9,013 nt of DNA from Histomonas meleagridis 2922-C6/04-290x (taxonomy: Eukaryota > Protista > Parabasalia). This document shows, piece after piece, positions 7,926-9,013 of the stretch. Positions within the stretch are counted from its first letter, which is position 1, and each line of letters opens with the position of its first letter. The translations under genes were made by a program, and so were the position numbers. The stretch is taken from NCBI GenBank assembly GCA_020184695.1, contig JAANOX010000038.1:1-9013 (forward strand). The letters run 5' to 3'. Under the pieces are notes generated by a model. It made no database searches. It saw nothing but the letters and a program-made list of their open reading frames with translations, and had not been told where the DNA came from.

Positions 7926-8638
7926 GAAGAAAACTAATCACCAAAAATAAAAAAAAAAAAGTAAAAAAAAAAAAATGAGATGAAAAACGGTTGTTTGATG
8001 TGTTAATTGAAAAAGTCAAATTGATATTGAAAAATTGAGAATTATGATAATTCAAAAAGTGGAATGACCGTTAAACACTGGTGATTAGAAAAGATGGTTT
8101 AATTTCAAATAAGTCAAAAATAAAATCAAAAAACTTTATACAAAAATTAAAGAGTGAATTGTGTAGAATATGTCTTTTGAAGGACAATGGAAAATTTCCA
8201 TCAGATGAGTAAAAAAAATCTATTTATATATGCTCATTTTATGATTTTTTATAGCAAAATAGAAAATGAATAATCTTATTTTAATCTGCTCAAAATAGGG
8301 ATTATTTTGGTATCATTGAATTAATCATATCTTGTACCATATTGGAGAAAACGATTTTTAAAAATTAAAAAAAATGCATGAAATAATTAAAATCCAAATT
8401 TTTATTATAAAATTCATCCCTACATAAACATCAATTTATGGTCCAAATAGCTAAGCTTTTTTCTATTTGGATGAATCAAATAATGAATTTAGATACGGAA
8501 AATTCATTGGCTGGGTTCAAACGTACAAAAGTAAAATTGGCGGGACGGTTATGCCAGTAAATTGAAAAGGTTCAGCCTTCAAATTTGGCACTTTTTATCC
8601 AAATTGCGCAAATATGGAATTTTTAAGATTTTTCAGGG

Positions 8639-8659
8639 TACGATTCTCCATAATTTTAG
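8639..8659. repeat. Duplicated TA, outer end of the Mutator-like right TIR (8641-8649) and right copy of the 10-bp TSD (8650-8659)
   Basis: TACGATTCTCC reverse-complements to GGAGAATCGTA versus left GGGAAATCGTA (9/11), followed by ATAATTTTAG. Confidence 0.85.
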
Positions 8660-8937
8660 TATCATTAAAATACTTTGGGATTTTGATTGTTTATAAATGT
8701 GTGTTGAAAAATTCGTTTCTACGACATAATTCCGATAATAAGAATTAAATTTTTTTTTTTTTAAATTTTGTGCAACAATGAAAATATTAACATTAAATTG
8801 TATATACAATGTAAAATTTAATTGTAATCTCTATATGCATATAAGCATATTAAAAATAATTATTTTATTTTAATTAATAAACTTTTAATTTTTCGGTATT
8901 TATAAATTTATTCTAAACTTTGAAAAGTTTTCAGACT

Positions 8938-9011
8938 TCCTCCCTAACTCAGTTGGTTAGAGTGTCAGACTGTTAATCTGGAAGTCGTGTGTTCGAGCCA
9001 CACGGGAGGAG
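8938..9011 (+). tRNA. tRNA-Asn-GTT: tRNA-Asn (anticodon GTT), 74 nt, intronless, CCA not encoded
   Basis: Acceptor TCCTCCC/GGGAGGA; D-stem ACTC/GAGT; anticodon stem TCAGA/TCTGG with loop CTGTTAA (GTT at 8972-8974); T-stem GTGTG/CACAC with loop TTCGAGC; discriminator G9011. Confidence 0.96.
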
Positions 9012-9013
9012 AT

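Larger units (their letters stand above)
5618..8638 (+). mobile_element. pogo-type (Tc1/mariner superfamily, DD35D) DNA transposon, 3021 bp, decayed
   Basis: TIRs 5618-5660 and 8596-8638 (35/43 inverted match, outermost 11 bp perfect: CCCTGAAAAAT), TA duplication at 5616-5617 and 8639-8640, internal DDE transposase pseudogene. Confidence 0.92.
3570..8649 (+). mobile_element. Mutator-like (MULE) DNA transposon, ~2.06 kb of its own sequence, with a nested pogo-type element in its right TIR
   Basis: Left TIR 3570-3599 GGGAAATCGTATTCAGACGTCGTAACGGTC matches the reverse complement of the reconstructed right TIR (5597-5617 joined to 8641-8649) at 25/30. 10-bp TSD. SWIM + CCHC ORF remnant. A 9-11 bp TSD with G-initial TIRs and SWIM/knuckle motifs is MULE-typical, but the catalytic core was not recognised. 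Confidence 0.75.

Noticed and set aside
1-7965. Alternative genetic code (TAA/TAG = Gln)
   Set aside because: Long stretches use CAA repeatedly with no TAA (38-880, 1291-1510, 2115-2555, ~7100-7515), and TGA stops and frameshifts also interrupt the ORFs, so decay explains the data. Host housekeeping genes would settle it.
7299-8055. Minus-strand ORFs 7299-7487, 7408-7599 and 7825-8055
   Set aside because: Antisense shadows of the transposase and adjacent A-runs.
3569-8653. Outer element as PIF/Harbinger, hAT or Kolobok
   Set aside because: No matching TWA or TTAA duplication. An 8-bp TSD reading forces a terminal G/T mismatch, whereas the 10-bp TSD gives symmetric GG…CC ends, and SWIM + knuckle fits Mutator better.

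Overview
AT-rich eukaryotic DNA (tRNA without encoded CCA, Pol III T-run terminator, eukaryotic TE families; a parabasalid-like protist is a plausible but unproven host). No intact host protein gene is present. Almost all of the window is three decayed transposable elements associated with two copies of tRNA-Asn(GTT). (1) 1-3287: the 3' part of an R2/NeSL-type restriction-like-endonuclease (RLE) non-LTR retrotransposon, with N-terminal 18-aa repeats, three C2H2 fingers and a C-terminal RLE, but with the RT domain and CCHC knuckle missing. Its 3' end (…AATAAA) abuts the last 14 nt of a tRNA-Asn gene plus its trailer and terminator, so it sits in the T-loop/B-box of a tRNA-Asn gene. (2) 3570-8649: a Mutator-like element with 30-bp TIRs, a 10-bp TSD (ATAATTTTAG) and a decayed SWIM + CCHC ORF. 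(3) 5618-8638: a pogo-type DD35D element (43-bp TIRs, TA TSD) with a Myb/SANT domain in its transposase, inserted inside the right TIR of element 2. An intact-looking tRNA-Asn(GTT) at 8938-9011 shows the uninterrupted target. Removing the DNA transposons leaves two tandem tRNA-Asn genes 546 bp apart. All alignments and translations were done by eye; no database searches were run.
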